From NCBI GenBank assembly GCA_951406725.2, contig OX597836.1, positions 34,038,001-34,102,000 of the forward strand: a stretch of DNA of 64,000 nt, written 5' to 3'. Within the stretch, counting starts at the first letter, position 1, and every line of letters starts with the position of its first letter. The stretch comes from Octopus vulgaris (lineage: Eukaryota). Made by a program: the position numbers and the translations under genes. Shown here piece by piece: positions 1-13,433 of the stretch. The notes below the pieces were generated by a model, which was not told the DNA's origin, searched no databases, and saw only the letters and a list, made by a program, of their open reading frames with translations.

Positions 1-335
1 AAAATAGAGTACAGGACAAAAAACAAGAAAAATTCCCCTTCTTCAGTCGCCTTAGTTTAATCTACTCCACGTTTCGAAGGTCAAGGCGTTTGACCTTCGA
101 AACGTAGAGTAGATGAAACCATGGCGACTGAAGAAGGATTTTTTTCCCTGTGTTATTTGTCCTGTACTCTATTTTTTTGTTGTTTAAGAAAAATGTCCAG
201 TTCCTTGGGTTTGTGACTATGTTTTCATTTTTCATTGTGTTCGACGTTTTTTTTTGGTGTCCTGTACCCATATATGCGTGATATATACATGTAGATGTAG
301 GTACGTACATATATGTATGTATATATGCATATGTT
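1..335. mobile_element. Inverted-repeat element, putative Penelope-like terminus (arms about 1-84 and 90-174)
   Basis: acgtttcgaaggtcaa-ggcgt-ttgaccttcgaaacgt hairpin extending out to aaaatagagtacaggacaaa/tttgtcctgtactctatttt; hammerhead 3' half (CGAAACGTA); related non-inverted copy at about 57745-57980. Confidence 0.6.
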
Positions 336-391
336 TTATTTATTAATTTATTATATGACGGAACGCACGCATCCATTTCTAAGTAAGATTG

Positions 392-437
<46 letters not shown>

Positions 438-610
438 CTATATGTATGTGTGTGTGTGTGTGTGTGATATATATGTATATTATACAACTCATATAGATAT
501 GTATGTATATATGTGTATGAATATATATATATATGAGAAACTCAGAGTAACAGATTTTGTTGAATTTTCTGCTGCTTAAAATAAAGTATATATATATATA
601 TATATATATG

Positions 611-805
611 TAGGTCCCGGGTTGATTCGGGGTTAACCACAGTAAATAAGGTACTCAATACATAGCAGAGTAAAATTAATTTATTATATAGAAGGAGCTT
701 CTACAGGACTAGAACTGTTTCATTCAAGAGAAATCTTCAGGAAGCTTCCTGAAGATTTCTCTTGAATGAAACAGTTCTAGTCCTGTAGAAGCTCCTTCTA
801 TATAA

Positions 806-810
<5 letters not shown>
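611..810. mobile_element. Short (TA)n-embedded element with a perfect 132-bp palindrome (679-810), Penelope-like terminus
   Basis: Palindrome centred on aag|ctt (744/745); second copy at 30630-30826; (TA)n on both sides. Confidence 0.8.
743..793 (+). ncRNA. Type I hammerhead ribozyme motif (mirror copy on - strand at 696-746)
   Basis: AGCTTC-CTGAAGA-TTTCTCTTGAAT-GAA-ACAG-TTCTAGTC-CTGT-A/GAAGCT: 6-bp stem I, intact core, 4-bp stem III, GUA cleavage triplet. Confidence 0.8.
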
Positions 811-836
<26 letters not shown>

Positions 837-1189
837 CTTTACATATGGATTGTATGAATGTTAGAGTTAGGGGTAGACTAGAACGAAAGTGTAGGAGATG
901 GGAGTGACAAAATACAGAGAGAGAGAGAGACAGACGGAGAGAGAAAGAAGAGAAAGAGAGAAAGACGGAGAAAAAGAGAGGGAGAGAGGGAAAGAAAGAG
1001 AGAGATTGGGATGGAGACAGTAGAGCGAATAATATTCTGACCGCAAAATCTATTCAAGCGTAAAAATTCGTTTCGGCCCAAGATTTGTTTACGGCAGTGA
1101 TAATAACTGGTAATGGTGGAGGTTGGCTATAGTGGTAGGCGGGAGCAATGGTGGTGGTGTTTGTAATGGTTGTCGCACAAGCGGAGTTG

Positions 1190-2255
1190 GTAGTGGTAGT
1201 AGTAGTAATAGTAGTAGTATTAGAGATAGTAGTAGTAGTAGTAGTATTAGAGGTAGTAATGGTAGTAGTAGTAACAGTAGTAGTATTAGAGGTAGTAGTG
1301 GTAGTAGTAGTAACAGTAGTAGTATTAGAGGTAGTAATGGTAGTAGTAGTAATAGTAGTAGTATTAGAGATAGTAGTGGTAGTAGTAGTAACAGTAGTAG
1401 TATTAGAGGTAGTAGTGGTAGTAGTAGTAATAGTAGTAGTATTAGAGGTAGTAGTGGTAGTAGTAGTAATAGTAGTAGTATTAGAGGTAGTAGTGGTAGT
1501 AGTAGTAATAGTGTAGTAATAGAGGTAGTAGTGGTAGTAGTAGTAATAGTAGTAGTATTAGAGGTAGTAGTGGTAGTAGTAGTAATAGTAGTAGTAGTAG
1601 AGATAGTAGTGGTAGTAGTAGTAATAGTAGTAGTATTAGAGATAGTAGTAGTAGTAGTAGTAGTAACAGTAGTAGTATTAGAGATAGTAGTGGTAGTAGT
1701 AGTAACAGTAGTAGTATTAGAGGTAGTAGTGGTAGTAGTAGTAATAGTAGTAGTATTAGAGGTAGTAGTGGTAGTAGTAGTAATAGTAGTAGTATTAGAG
1801 ATAGTAGTGGTAGTAGTAGTAATAGTAGTAGTATTAGAGATAGTAGTGGTAGTAGTAGTAATAGTAGTAGTATTAGAGATAGTAGTGGTAGTAGTAGTAA
1901 TAGTAGTAGTATTAGAGGTAGTAGTGGTAGTAGTAGTAATAGTAGTAGTATTAGAGATAGTAGTGGTAGTAGTAGTAATAGTAGTAGTATTAGAGATAGT
2001 AGTGGTAGTAGTAGTAATAGTAGTAGTATTAGAGATAGTAGTGGTAGTAGTAGTAATAGTAGTAGTATTAGAGATAGTAGTGGTAGTAGTAATAGTAGTA
2101 GTATTAGAGATAGTAGTGGTAGTAGTAGTAATAGTAGTAGTATTAGAGATAGTAGTGGTAGTAGTAGTAGTAATAGTAGTAGTATTAGAGATAGTAGTGG
2201 TAGTAGTAGTATTAAAGGTAGTAGTGGTATTAGTAGTAATAGTACAAGAGTGGTA
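1190..2255. repeat. 39-bp minisatellite built on (GTA)n
   Basis: Repeating unit gtagtagtattagagatagtagtggtagtagtagtaata. Confidence 0.9.
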
Positions 2256-2811
2256 GATGTAACTATAATAGTATTAGTGTCATAGTGGTAGTAGACGTTA
2301 TGGTGGAAGTGTTGGTAGTGGTTGTCGTGGCGTTGTTGTTATTGTTATTATTATTACTATTAGTAGTAGTAGTAGTAGTAGTAGTAACTATAGTGTAGTG
2401 GTCGTAGATATAAATGGCAGTATTTAGAGATGATGCTGGCGGTGGTGATGGCGGTTGCGGTGGCGGTGGTGATGGCGGTTGCGTTGGCAGTGGTGGTGGT
2501 TGCGGTGGTGGTGGTGGTGGTTGTGATGATGATGTTAGTGATGGTGGCGGTGGTAGTGTTATTCAGTGTCGTGGTGATGGAGATGTTGCTATTGGTAGCG
2601 GTGGCGGTGGTGGTGGTGGTGCTGAAGGTAACAGTGGTGGTGTTTTTGAGGCGAGTGGCATAGTAGTAGTAGTAGCAGTGTTGGTGGTAGTGGTGATGGT
2701 GGTGGTAGTTGTGATATAGTAGTGGTGATGGTAACAGTAATGAGGTAGTAGGGATAGCAGTTGTAGTAGTGGTTGTTTTTGCGGTGGTAGTGGTTGTGGT
2801 TGTGGTGGCGG

Positions 2812-2861
<50 letters not shown>

Positions 2862-2966
2862 GTAGTAGTAGTAAGATGTAATTAGTGGTTGTGTGACCAA
2901 TTTATTTTTTCACGCATACCGTGAAAAATGCATTTCTTGTAGTCAGCGTACCAGTGAAGCGGGAAA

Positions 2967-3042
<76 letters not shown>

Positions 3043-3177
3043 CACACACATACGTAAGTACACGCATGCCTACACATATACATATATACATAGAGGCATT
3101 CATATATATGTACATACACATATACATACCTCTATACATATGTACATAGGTATATAAATACATATCTACATATGTAT

Positions 3178-3435
3178 AGACGCAGGAGTGGCTGTGTGGT
3201 AAGTATGGTTCCGGGTTCAGTCCCACTGCGTGGCATCTTGGACAAGTGTCTTCTGCTATAGCCCGGGCCGACCAATGCCCTGTGAGTGGATTTGGTAGAC
3301 GGAAACTGAAAGAAGCCTGTCGTATATATATTTGTAAGCCCAGTACTTATTCTATCCGTCCCTTTTGCCGAACCGCTAAGTGACGGGGACGTAAACACAC
3401 CAGCATCAGTTGTCAAGCAATGTTGGGGGGACACA

Positions 3436-3511
<76 letters not shown>

Positions 3512-3690
3512 CACCAATGCGGATGTGTTTACGTCCCCGTCACTTAGCGGTTCGGCAAAACAGACGGATAGAATAAGTACTGGGCTTACAAAGAATAAGT
3601 CCCGGGGTCGATTTGCTCGACTAAAAGGCGGTGCTCCAGCATGGCCGCAGTCAAATGACTGAAACAAGTAAAAGAGAGTAAAAAGAGTAT
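3178..3690 (+). mobile_element. tRNA-derived SINE family A (CORE-like segment, internal microsatellite) with an internally inverted segment
   Basis: A box tggctgtgtgg, B box ggttcagtcc, cttggacaagtg segment, tail gactgaaacaagtaaaagag; 3331-3440 is inverted relative to 3515-3595. Confidence 0.85.
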
Positions 3691-4469
3691 ATGTGCATAC
3701 GTATATACGTATATACACGCATATATACATACATATACATACCGCTATACATATGTACATACGTATATAAATACATATATACATATATGCATACATATAT
3801 GCATACGTATATACACACATGTATACATACATATTTACATATATATATTTACGTTTATATACATATATCCATATACACATACAAATACACACACACACAC
3901 AAAATACACTTATACACACACACACACATATACATATTTATACACATATTCACACTCCTACATGTAACACACGCACATATGAGACAGACATACACACATA
4001 TCCCACATACATATACACGCACACATACATTAGACAAATTAACACATACATACATACGCACAGATTAAGGGACCGGAAGTCGACAGACTGACTGACAGGC
4101 AAACACGTTGGCAAATACACGCTGACACACAGACAGACAGATAAGCAGACACCGACCCAAAACGAGGGGGGAAATTGAAACTGCTTGGAAGAAACTGATA
4201 GTGGAACAAATGACCTTTCTTATACCTACCCCCATCGCCACGTCCGCTACACTCCGTTGCCGCTCTCTCGTTCTTACTCATGCGTGTTATAGACAGACAA
4301 AAAAAGGAATGTCTTATTCAAGCCACAGCAGGTTCGTTTTCAACCAGTTCTCCGCCTCCGATACGCTCTCCTTCACCCTACTCTATCATCTTATACAATG
4401 TGCTTCTTGTAGTCTGTCATTTGCCACAGTTCAAGCTGTTCTTGTTGTTGTGGCCATTGTTGTTATTGT

Positions 4470-5148
4470 TGTTGTTGTTGTTGTTTGCCAGTCACAATTC
4501 AATCCTGATTAAGCATACCTGTGATCGGTTTACTCATTTGACTGTGGCCATGCTGGAGCACCGCCCGTTTTTTTTTTTTCAGTCGAGCAAATCGACCCCC
4601 AGGACTTATACTTTGTAAGCCTAGCACTTATTCTATCGGTATCTTTTGCCAAACCGCTCAGTTACGGGGCCGTAAAGACACCAGCATCGGTTGTCAAGCG
4701 ATGTTGGGGGCACAAACATAGACATACAAACATATACACACATACATATACATATATACGACGGGCTTCTTTCAGTTTCCGTCTCTGTTGTTGCTGTTGT
4801 TGTTGTTGTTGTTTGCCAGTCACAATTCAATCCTGATTAAGCATACCTGTGATCGGTTTACTCATTTGACTGTGGCCATGCTGGAGCACCGCCCGTTTTT
4901 TTTTTTTCAGTCGAGCAAATCGACCCCAGGACTTATTCTTTGTAAGCCTAGCACTTATTCTATCGGTGTCTTTTTGGCGTAACCGCTCAGCTACGGGGAC
5001 ATAAAGACGCCAGCATCGATTGTCAAGCGATGTTGGAAGGACAAACATATACACACATGCATATATACATATACATATATACGACGGGCTTCTTTCAGTT
5101 TCCGTCTACCAAATTCACTCACAAAGACTTCGGTCGGCCCGAGGCTAT
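4470..5148 (-). mobile_element. SINE family A, with about 330 bp tandemly duplicated together with its flank
   Basis: gttgtttgccagtcacaattcaatcctgattaagc...gctggagcaccgcc occurs at about 4478 and 4808. Confidence 0.85.
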
Positions 5149-5920
5149 ATGTTAAAGGTACAAGTTACTGTGGAATATTCAACGAGGAAAATTTACTGAC
5201 ATAAAGCATTAGCAATGTTCATTTAACATGTGGCACACGTTGAAAATGATTTAATAGAAATATTCCAAGAACTTATTTTAAATTTAAGCATTTGCATCAA
5301 CTTAGCGATGGCTAACTTTTACTCCTGAATGCCTTCTCAGGTCACACGACACAACCTAAAATGTATACCTAAAGAGTTACTACTCCAACAACTAACTTGT
5401 AATTTCATGGATCGTTCGGTCAGCAGTCTATAAAGTGGTAATATACACCGCTTTTGTAACATCCTTGAACGGTATAGAAAAGAATTACTCCGCCAATACA
5501 TTCGAGTATAGGGATTACCAACAGCTACACTCATTCAGATCGAGGAACAAAGGAAGGTCACTTGCCTTGTCCCAAATCAGAGACCCAACGATTAGAAAGT
5601 ATTCCAGTAGAATACTTTCCAATCATGGGGGATTGTGATAAGTTATTCCTTACTTCAAAGAAGCTGGAAACTGCAGTTGACAAGTTGTAGATTCTAACAT
5701 AGCCAGCAACATTGCACAAGTCAGGACTAGGTGATTTCCCTTATACTATAGCTATCTAGCTATCAAAAAGACGTGATACGATATTTTCCCCCTTCTCAGT
5801 ATATGAATTGCATAACCTGCTTTGGCTAATGACAAACTTTGCTTAGTAGCGGAATGGAGTGACTTACCATACTGTAGTGATAAATATACTCAACAACACT
5901 TTACACACACACACACACAC

Positions 5921-5977
<57 letters not shown>

Positions 5978-6082
5978 ATATATTTATATACGTACATATA
6001 TACATATACACACAAATATGTCAGTGCATGTTTATTATATGTCATTATGTATACATACATATATATATACATATATATATAT

Positions 6083-6145
<63 letters not shown>

Positions 6146-6164
6146 ATACATATATACATATATA

Positions 6165-6248
6165 TCATCATCATCATTGTTCGACCGTGGTCGAGACAAT
6201 GGAATTTACCATGCTACGCCAGACTTCTCGGTCCATCATGGCATTACG
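6165..6248 (-). mobile_element. RTE-type LINE extreme 3' end with (ATG)n tail
   Basis: Reverse complement matches 17578-17660. Confidence 0.8.
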
Positions 6249-6259
6249 GCATATATATA

Positions 6260-6302
<43 letters not shown>

Positions 6303-6543
6303 GGGTGTGTGTGAGTGTGTGTGTGTGTTTGTGTATGTGTGTATGTTTGTGTATACACACGTATACTTTTATGTATAAGTGAGTTTGTGTATATATATAT
6401 ATACACACATATACACATACACTCGCACAGGCAGACGTATATATATATATATATATATACATTATACATACATATATATATGAATATACACACACACACA
6501 TATATATAGGTGTGTGTGTGTATATGTATTATGCATGTATATG

Positions 6544-6611
<68 letters not shown>

Positions 6612-7029
6612 AGACTGAGAGAGAGGAATATAAGGAGAATGATATACAGAAAATGCGCGTTTGTGTTTTTGATGCGTGAGTGAGATGGAGAGACCCAGAG
6701 ATTCAGAGAGAGAGAGAGAAAGGGACAGAAAGAGAAAGAGAGAGAGAAGGAGAGAGAGAAGGAGAGAGAGAAAGAGAGAAGGGGGTAAAACAACAATTGA
6801 TAATGAACACAGTTGTGTGAGTGACAAAGAAAGTCGTCATTGTTTGGTTGTAAAGTGAAACCAAGCAACGTCTATATTAGACACAACCGGATTCACTCCA
6901 GCGATCATTCTCCAGCGATATTCCTTCCTTAATCACACAACACACCCTTTTTTCAGCTTGCAGTTGCTGTAAACCGATATTCTCAATTACTGATCGGTCT
7001 GACTTTCCGCTTGTTGCTGTTGCTGGTGG

Positions 7030-7105
<76 letters not shown>

Positions 7106-7133
7106 ATTATTATTATTATCATTATTATTATTA

Positions 7134-7192
<59 letters not shown>

Positions 7193-7239
7193 TTCATTAT
7201 TATTATTAATATTATTATTATTGTTGTTGTTGTTGTTGC

Positions 7240-8070
7240 TGTTGTTGTCGTGGTGGAGGTGCGGATGATTCTGGTGGCGGTGGCGGCGGTTGAGGTGGTG
7301 GGTGGAGTTTGTGATGGTGTTGGTGGCGTTGGTGTTGATGGTGGCGGTGGTGTGTTGAGGGGTGGAGCTGAGAAGAGGTGGAGGTGGAGCTGGTGGTGCG
7401 GATGATTGTGGTGGTGGCGGCGGTGAGTTGGTGGTGTGGGTAGAGGTGTTGGATGTGGTGCTGGTGGAGCGGACGATTGTGGTGGCGGTTGCTGTTGAGG
7501 TGGTGGTGTTGGTGGTGGTGGTGGTGGTGTGTTGGGAGTGGAGCTGAGAGGAGGTGGAGGTGGAGCTGGTGGTGCGGATGATTGTGGTGGCGGTGGTGAG
7601 GAGGTGGTGGTGGGGGTGGAGGTTTTGGAGGTGGTGCTGGTGGTGTGGACGATTGTGGTGGCGGTGGCTGTTGAGGTGGTGGTGTTGGTGGTGTTGGTGG
7701 TGGCGGTGGTGTGTTGGGGGTGGGGGTGGTTGTGTAGGAGGTGGAGCTGGTGGTGCGGATGATTGTGTTGGCGGTGTTGTGGTGGAGGTGGTGTGTTGGG
7801 GTGGGGATAGAGGTGTAGGAGGTGGTGCTGGTGGTGCAGACGATTGTGGTGGCGGTGACTGTTGAGGCGGTGGAGTTGGTGGTGGTGGTAGTGGTGTTGG
7901 CAGTGTTGTTGGTAGTGGTGATGGTTGTGCAAATGATTGTGGTGGCAGTGTTGGTGGTTGTCGGGGAGTGGGTGGCAGTGGAGGCGCTGGTGTTGGCGGT
8001 GTTGGTAGTGGTTGTGGTGGTCGTATTGGTGGTGGCGTTGGGGATTGAGGTGTTGGTGGTGGTGATGATG
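7240..8070. repeat. Degenerate G-rich (GGT)n-based minisatellite
   Basis: Recurring ggtggagctggtggtgcggatgattgtggtggcgg motif. Confidence 0.8.
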
Positions 8071-8175
8071 GCAATTTTTTTTTGTTATTTTCCTAGTCGT
8101 CATCGTCATGGTTGTTGCTGTGGTGATGATGATGATGATGATGGTGATAACGATGGTAGTTTTTTTGATAATCTT

Positions 8176-8550
8176 TGACTGCGGCCGTGCTGGAGTACCG
8201 TCTTTAGTCGAGCAAATCGACCCTGGGACTGATTCTTTGTAAGCCCAGTACTTATTCTATCGGTCTCTTTTGTCGAACCGCTAAGTGACGGGGACATAAT
8301 CACACCGGCATCGGTTGTCAAGCAATGCTAGGGGGACAAACACAAACACACAAACATGCACACATATATATATATATGTATATATACGACGGGCTTCTTT
8401 CAGTTTCCGCCTACAAAATCCACTCACAAGACTTTGGTCGTCCCAAGGCTATAGTAAAAGACACTTGCTCAAGGTGCCACGCAGTGTGACTGAACCCGGA
8501 ACCATGTGGTTTGTAAGCAAGCTACTTACCACACAGCCACTCCTGTGCCT
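8176..8550 (-). mobile_element. SINE family A, near full length
   Basis: Reverse complement of the family A head, body and tail. Confidence 0.9.
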
Positions 8551-8789
8551 GTATTGACGAACTTGTTCATATGACTGGTGTATCTTGGAGCTCCTACGAA
8601 CGAATTTTGTGGAAGGAATTGCAAATGAAAAGGGTTACAGCGAAGTTCGTGGTTCGTTTGATCACGGAAGATTAAAAGCAGTCACAACTGAATGCGTATC
8701 ATGAACTGAAAGAACAGTTGCAAGTTGATCCGGACCTTTTTTTCGAAGATCATCTCAGGTGATCAAAGTTGGTGCTACGGAATTTGCAG

Positions 8790-9403
8790 ATGTGGAAGAG
8801 GCGAAGACAAAATCGATGGAGGCGTTAAAAGGCATCACATCACAAGAGTTACAGTACAGCTTTGAGTGGAGGCGCAATGGCCCAGTGGTTAGGGCAGCGG
8901 ACTCGCGGTCGTAGGATCGCGGTTTCGATTCCCAGACCGGGCGTTGTGAGTGTTTATTGAGCGAAAACACCTAAAAAAGCTCCACGAGGCTCCGGCAGGG
9001 GATGGTGGTGATCCCTGCTGTACTATTTCACCACAACTTTCTCTCACTCTTTCTTCCTGTTTCTGTTGTACCTGTATTTCAAAGGGCCAGCCTTGTCACT
9101 CTCTGTGTCACGCTGAATATCCCCGAGAACTACGTTAAGGGTACACGTGTCTGTGGAGTGCTCAGCCACTTACACGTTAATTTCACGAGCAGGCTGTTCC
9201 GTTGGTCGGATCAACCGGAACCCTCATCGTCGTAACCGACGGAGTGCTTCCACAGCACAGCTTCGAATAGTGCAAAACGCGTCTGGACGGATGCATTGCT
9301 TCAAATGGAGAATATTTTGAGAGCGATATAAATGTAAACACGTAAAACTAAATGAATAAAATAATAGTGCAGACATTCCGGTTTCATTTTGGGTACCCTT
9401 CGT
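8790..9403 (+). mobile_element. Mariner transposon 3' remnant interrupted by a SINE
   Basis: FADVEEAKTKSMEALKGITSQELQYSFE...RLDGCIASNGEYFE resembles the mariner C-terminus; ends in TIR-like ttttgggtacccttcg-TA. Confidence 0.75.
8866..9252 (+). mobile_element. tRNA-derived SINE family B (possibly octopus OR-type)
   Basis: tRNA-like head ggaggcgcaatggcccagtggttagggcagcggactcgcgg...ggtttcgattccc; imperfect 14-bp TSD cagtacagctttga/cagcacagcttcga; copy at 44537. Confidence 0.85.
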
Positions 9404-9659
9404 ATGTTTGTATGAGTGTGTATGTGTATATATATATATGAGTGTGTGTGTGTAAAATATATATTCATTTGTATGTATATGTAAAATATTCCTTTGATCT
9501 TATATACTGCATCCACACATTAAACTATGTGTGAATGCAGTATGTATATAGATATCAAAGCATATTTTATATAGACATGTTTCGCACAAACAAATGCTTG
9601 AATATATTTACATACATGCATACGTAGATACATACATTCGTGCGATCGTGCGTGCGTGT

Positions 9660-9715
<56 letters not shown>

Positions 9716-9976
9716 ATGTGTGTGTGTGTGTGTGTGTATGTGTGTGTGTGTGTGTTCTGATATAAAATTGAAAGATTTTCTCAACTAAATCTCTTTAGAT
9801 GAAATGCAAGGATTTTTTTTGTTTAGTCTCAACTCAATCTTATTTGAATACACGTACACTCACAGACATGCACACACACGCACGCACACACACACGCATG
9901 CACACACACACACATGCGCGCGCACACATACGTGCGCACACACACACATACGCACTCATATATATGAAATATACAA

Positions 9977-10015
<39 letters not shown>

Positions 10016-10248
10016 CATATCCATATGTATGCATGAACACACACACACACATTCATACATAAACTTATATATATCCATACACACACACACACACACACAC
10101 ACATATGTATATATATACATAAACATTTATATACATACACACATATGTACATCTTACATACGTACATACATATATATATATATATTTATACATATATACA
10201 CACATATATATATGTATGTATATATATATATATATATGCATATATATC

Positions 10249-10286
<38 letters not shown>

Positions 10287-10591
10287 CATATTTTATATGA
10301 ATTCTATATTACACGTGAAAACTAAGTAACGATTTTCTGGCGCCTTCCACACGTGGAGATTATTAAAACAAACAACCGAAGATCAAGTGTATTGAGTCGC
10401 ATGGAGGTGATAAAAAACATAAGCCGTATGGAAGGGAAACCATACACGCATACATGTAGATGTACACAATGCATACACACACACTCGAACACGCATACTC
10501 ACACACACGGCATACAGACAGAGAGACAGACACACAGATACCCACACACACATGCATATGTATGCATATCTACTTGTCTATATCTATCTCA

Positions 10592-10668
<77 letters not shown>

Positions 10669-10669
10669 C

Positions 10670-10739
<70 letters not shown>

Positions 10740-10834
10740 ATATCTATCTATCGCACATGAAAGCATGCGTCTTTCTCTCTATATAAATATATATACCTAT
10801 ATTATATGTATATGTATATATATATCTACCAATG

Positions 10835-10868
<34 letters not shown>

Positions 10869-10880
10869 CACACATATATA

Positions 10881-10974
<94 letters not shown>

Positions 10975-11212
10975 TATGTATATATATATATATGTATATA
11001 TATACGTATATGTGTGTATAAATATATATACGTATATGTGTGTGTATATATATACACGTATATGTGAGTATATATATATATATATATATATATACGTACA
11101 CACAAATACACATACATATATGTATATGTATGTTTATACACATGTATAATACACATAAATAGAAACATGTAGTATATGTACATATATATGTATATATATG
11201 TATATATATATG

Positions 11213-11244
<32 letters not shown>

Positions 11245-11384
11245 TATGTATATGTACATATATATATTTACATATGTATATATGTATTTTAGCGTATATA
11301 TGTATATATATATATATGCTTTATATATATGTGTCAGTGTGTGTATCTATATACTTTATATATATACTTTATATGTGCTTATAA

Positions 11385-11435
<51 letters not shown>

Positions 11436-11989
11436 CCGATATTTGCATATATACACATACATACATACATACATACATACATACATACATACATACATAC
11501 ATACATACATACATACACCGAAGTCTGGGGTTCAGTTTCGTCCTCAGGCAGTATAGGTTGTCGTCTGTGAATCAAACAGCTTGGCACAGACAACATAAAC
11601 ATTGAGCAGTCCTTAAATGCTGGAGTGCGACGGCGGCGGTGGTGGTGATGGCGGTGTTGCGTAGTGGTATATAGTGTGACGTGCTAGTCACGCCGCCTGG
11701 TGACAGTGATTGCTATTATGGCGAGGCTGCTTGCTGCACGTGATGTTGGTGATATATATTTGTTTCAATCATTGGACTGCGGCCATATTGGGACACCGAT
11801 GTGAAGGACTTCAGTGGAAGAAATCGACTCAAGTAGTTATTTAACATCTCTGGTCAGCGCTGGATTAGCAAAATAAGCACGAGATTAGGGCATCAAGGGG
11901 CGGGGGCACACAGAAATGTAAATGGTTTACGACACGAAAGAAATCACTTTAAACTTGCTAAATTAATATTCGTAATACCTTGGCCACTG

Positions 11990-12242
11990 GTGGTGGTGTA
12001 ACACACCATACTAATTATATCTGTCGGGCATGTGGAAGAGAGTGTAATTCGGCAGGAGGACTTAAACGACATGCAAAGGTACATGAATCCCAGTTACAAC
12101 TACAGCCGGCCATTACCGGTAAAGGTTTTAGCTGCCAATTCTGTACAAGACATTGTAGATCTTTAACTGGGCTAAAAAGTCACATTCGATAACAGTTAAG
12201 CTTCGTGCAATGGCCATTCTTGATAACAAGGGGGCAGCTATC
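11990..12242 (+). mobile_element. RTE-like LINE 3' end with two C2H2-type zinc fingers and (ATGT)n tail
   Basis: CRACGRECNSAGGLKRHAKVH and CQFCTRHCRSLTGLKSHIR, then a short 3' UTR running into (ATGT)n. Confidence 0.6.
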
Positions 12243-12352
12243 ATGTATGTATGTATGTATGTATGTATGTATGTATGTATGTATGTATGTATGTATGTAT
12301 GTATGTATGCATGCATGTATGTATGTATGTATGTATGTATGTATGTATGTAT

Positions 12353-12558
12353 ACTCTTTACTCTTTTACGCGTTTCAATCATTTGGATGTGGCTATGCTG
12401 GAGCACCGCCTTTAGTCGAGCAAATCGACCCCAGGACTTTGTAAGCCTAGTACTTATTCTATCTTTCTCTTTTGCAGAACTGCTAAGTGACGGGGACGTA
12501 AATGCTCCAGCATCGGTTGTCAAGCGATGTTGGGTGGGGGACAAACACAGGCGCACAG

Positions 12559-12595
<37 letters not shown>

Positions 12596-12764
12596 TATAT
12601 ATATACATATATACGACGGGCTTCTTTCAGCTTTCGTCTACGAAATCCACTCACAAGACTTCGGTCGGCCCGAGGCTATAGTAGAAGACACTTGCCTAAG
12701 GTGCCACGCAGTGGGACTGAACCCGGAACCATGTGGTTGGTAAGCAAGCTACTTACCACACAGC

Positions 12765-12768
<4 letters not shown>
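12353..12768 (-). mobile_element. SINE family A
   Basis: Family A body and head, internal (CA)n. Confidence 0.9.
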
Positions 12769-12846
<78 letters not shown>

Positions 12847-12852
<6 letters not shown>

Positions 12853-13140
12853 GAAAGAATGGAGTTGAACGACGAATTTGATGAGAAGGCGGCATAATGC
12901 ACCCCTTATTCCTTCGAAATTAGGAATATGCAGTCTTCGAAACATATGTCGAAAATAAAGGAATTTTGTTAATTCGTCGTTCAACTCCATTCTTTCATTT
13001 ATTTGTATTTAAAAAAACACACAAATTTCCACACGAAATCACGTGATCTCTGCCCAAGGCATTTAGCTTCAACCGTGTTTTTCTGACGTGAATTTGCTAC
13101 CCAGGTACCGGTTAACCGAATTATCCATAATAAGATAATT
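12847..13140 (+). mobile_element. Penelope-like terminus: 32-bp inverted arms (12847-12878 and 12971-13002) around a 5'-clipped hammerhead
   Basis: TGATGA-GAAGGC...GTCTTC-GAAACATATGTC/GAA; homologous copy with intact core at 46175-46310; (TA)n flanks. Confidence 0.75.
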
Positions 13141-13372
13141 CATTCAACTACTCAAATATATATATATATATATATATATACATACATGCGTACACACACA
13201 CACACTCACATACTACACATACACATACACACATATTCATAAGGAATACCAAAATTGCAATATAATGTGCGTCCGCGTGCCTGCGTATGTGTGTGCAACA
13301 GTTTTCTTGTTAATGAATGTAGAGTTCCGTTTGTAAATATATATGCGTGTGAGTACGAGTGAGCGCGCATGA

Positions 13373-13433
<61 letters not shown>

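Noticed and set aside
1123-2256. 377-aa Ser/Val-rich ORF
   Set aside because: Stop-free frame of the GTA-based minisatellite
5150-5880. Non-repetitive stretch as a possible exon or transposase
   Set aside because: Only short ORFs and no recognisable motif; needs BLASTX
6877-8109. 410-aa and 363-aa Pro/His/Thr-rich ORFs (mucin or extensin-like)
   Set aside because: They run through GGT, TTA and TTG triplet repeats and are open in several frames
8866-8945. tRNA gene
   Set aside because: The tRNA-like head continues into a SINE body in multiple copies, with no oligo-T terminator
11980-12192. Host C2H2 zinc-finger gene
   Set aside because: No TGEKP linkers, only two fingers, and a short UTR with a microsatellite tail typical of RTE LINE ends
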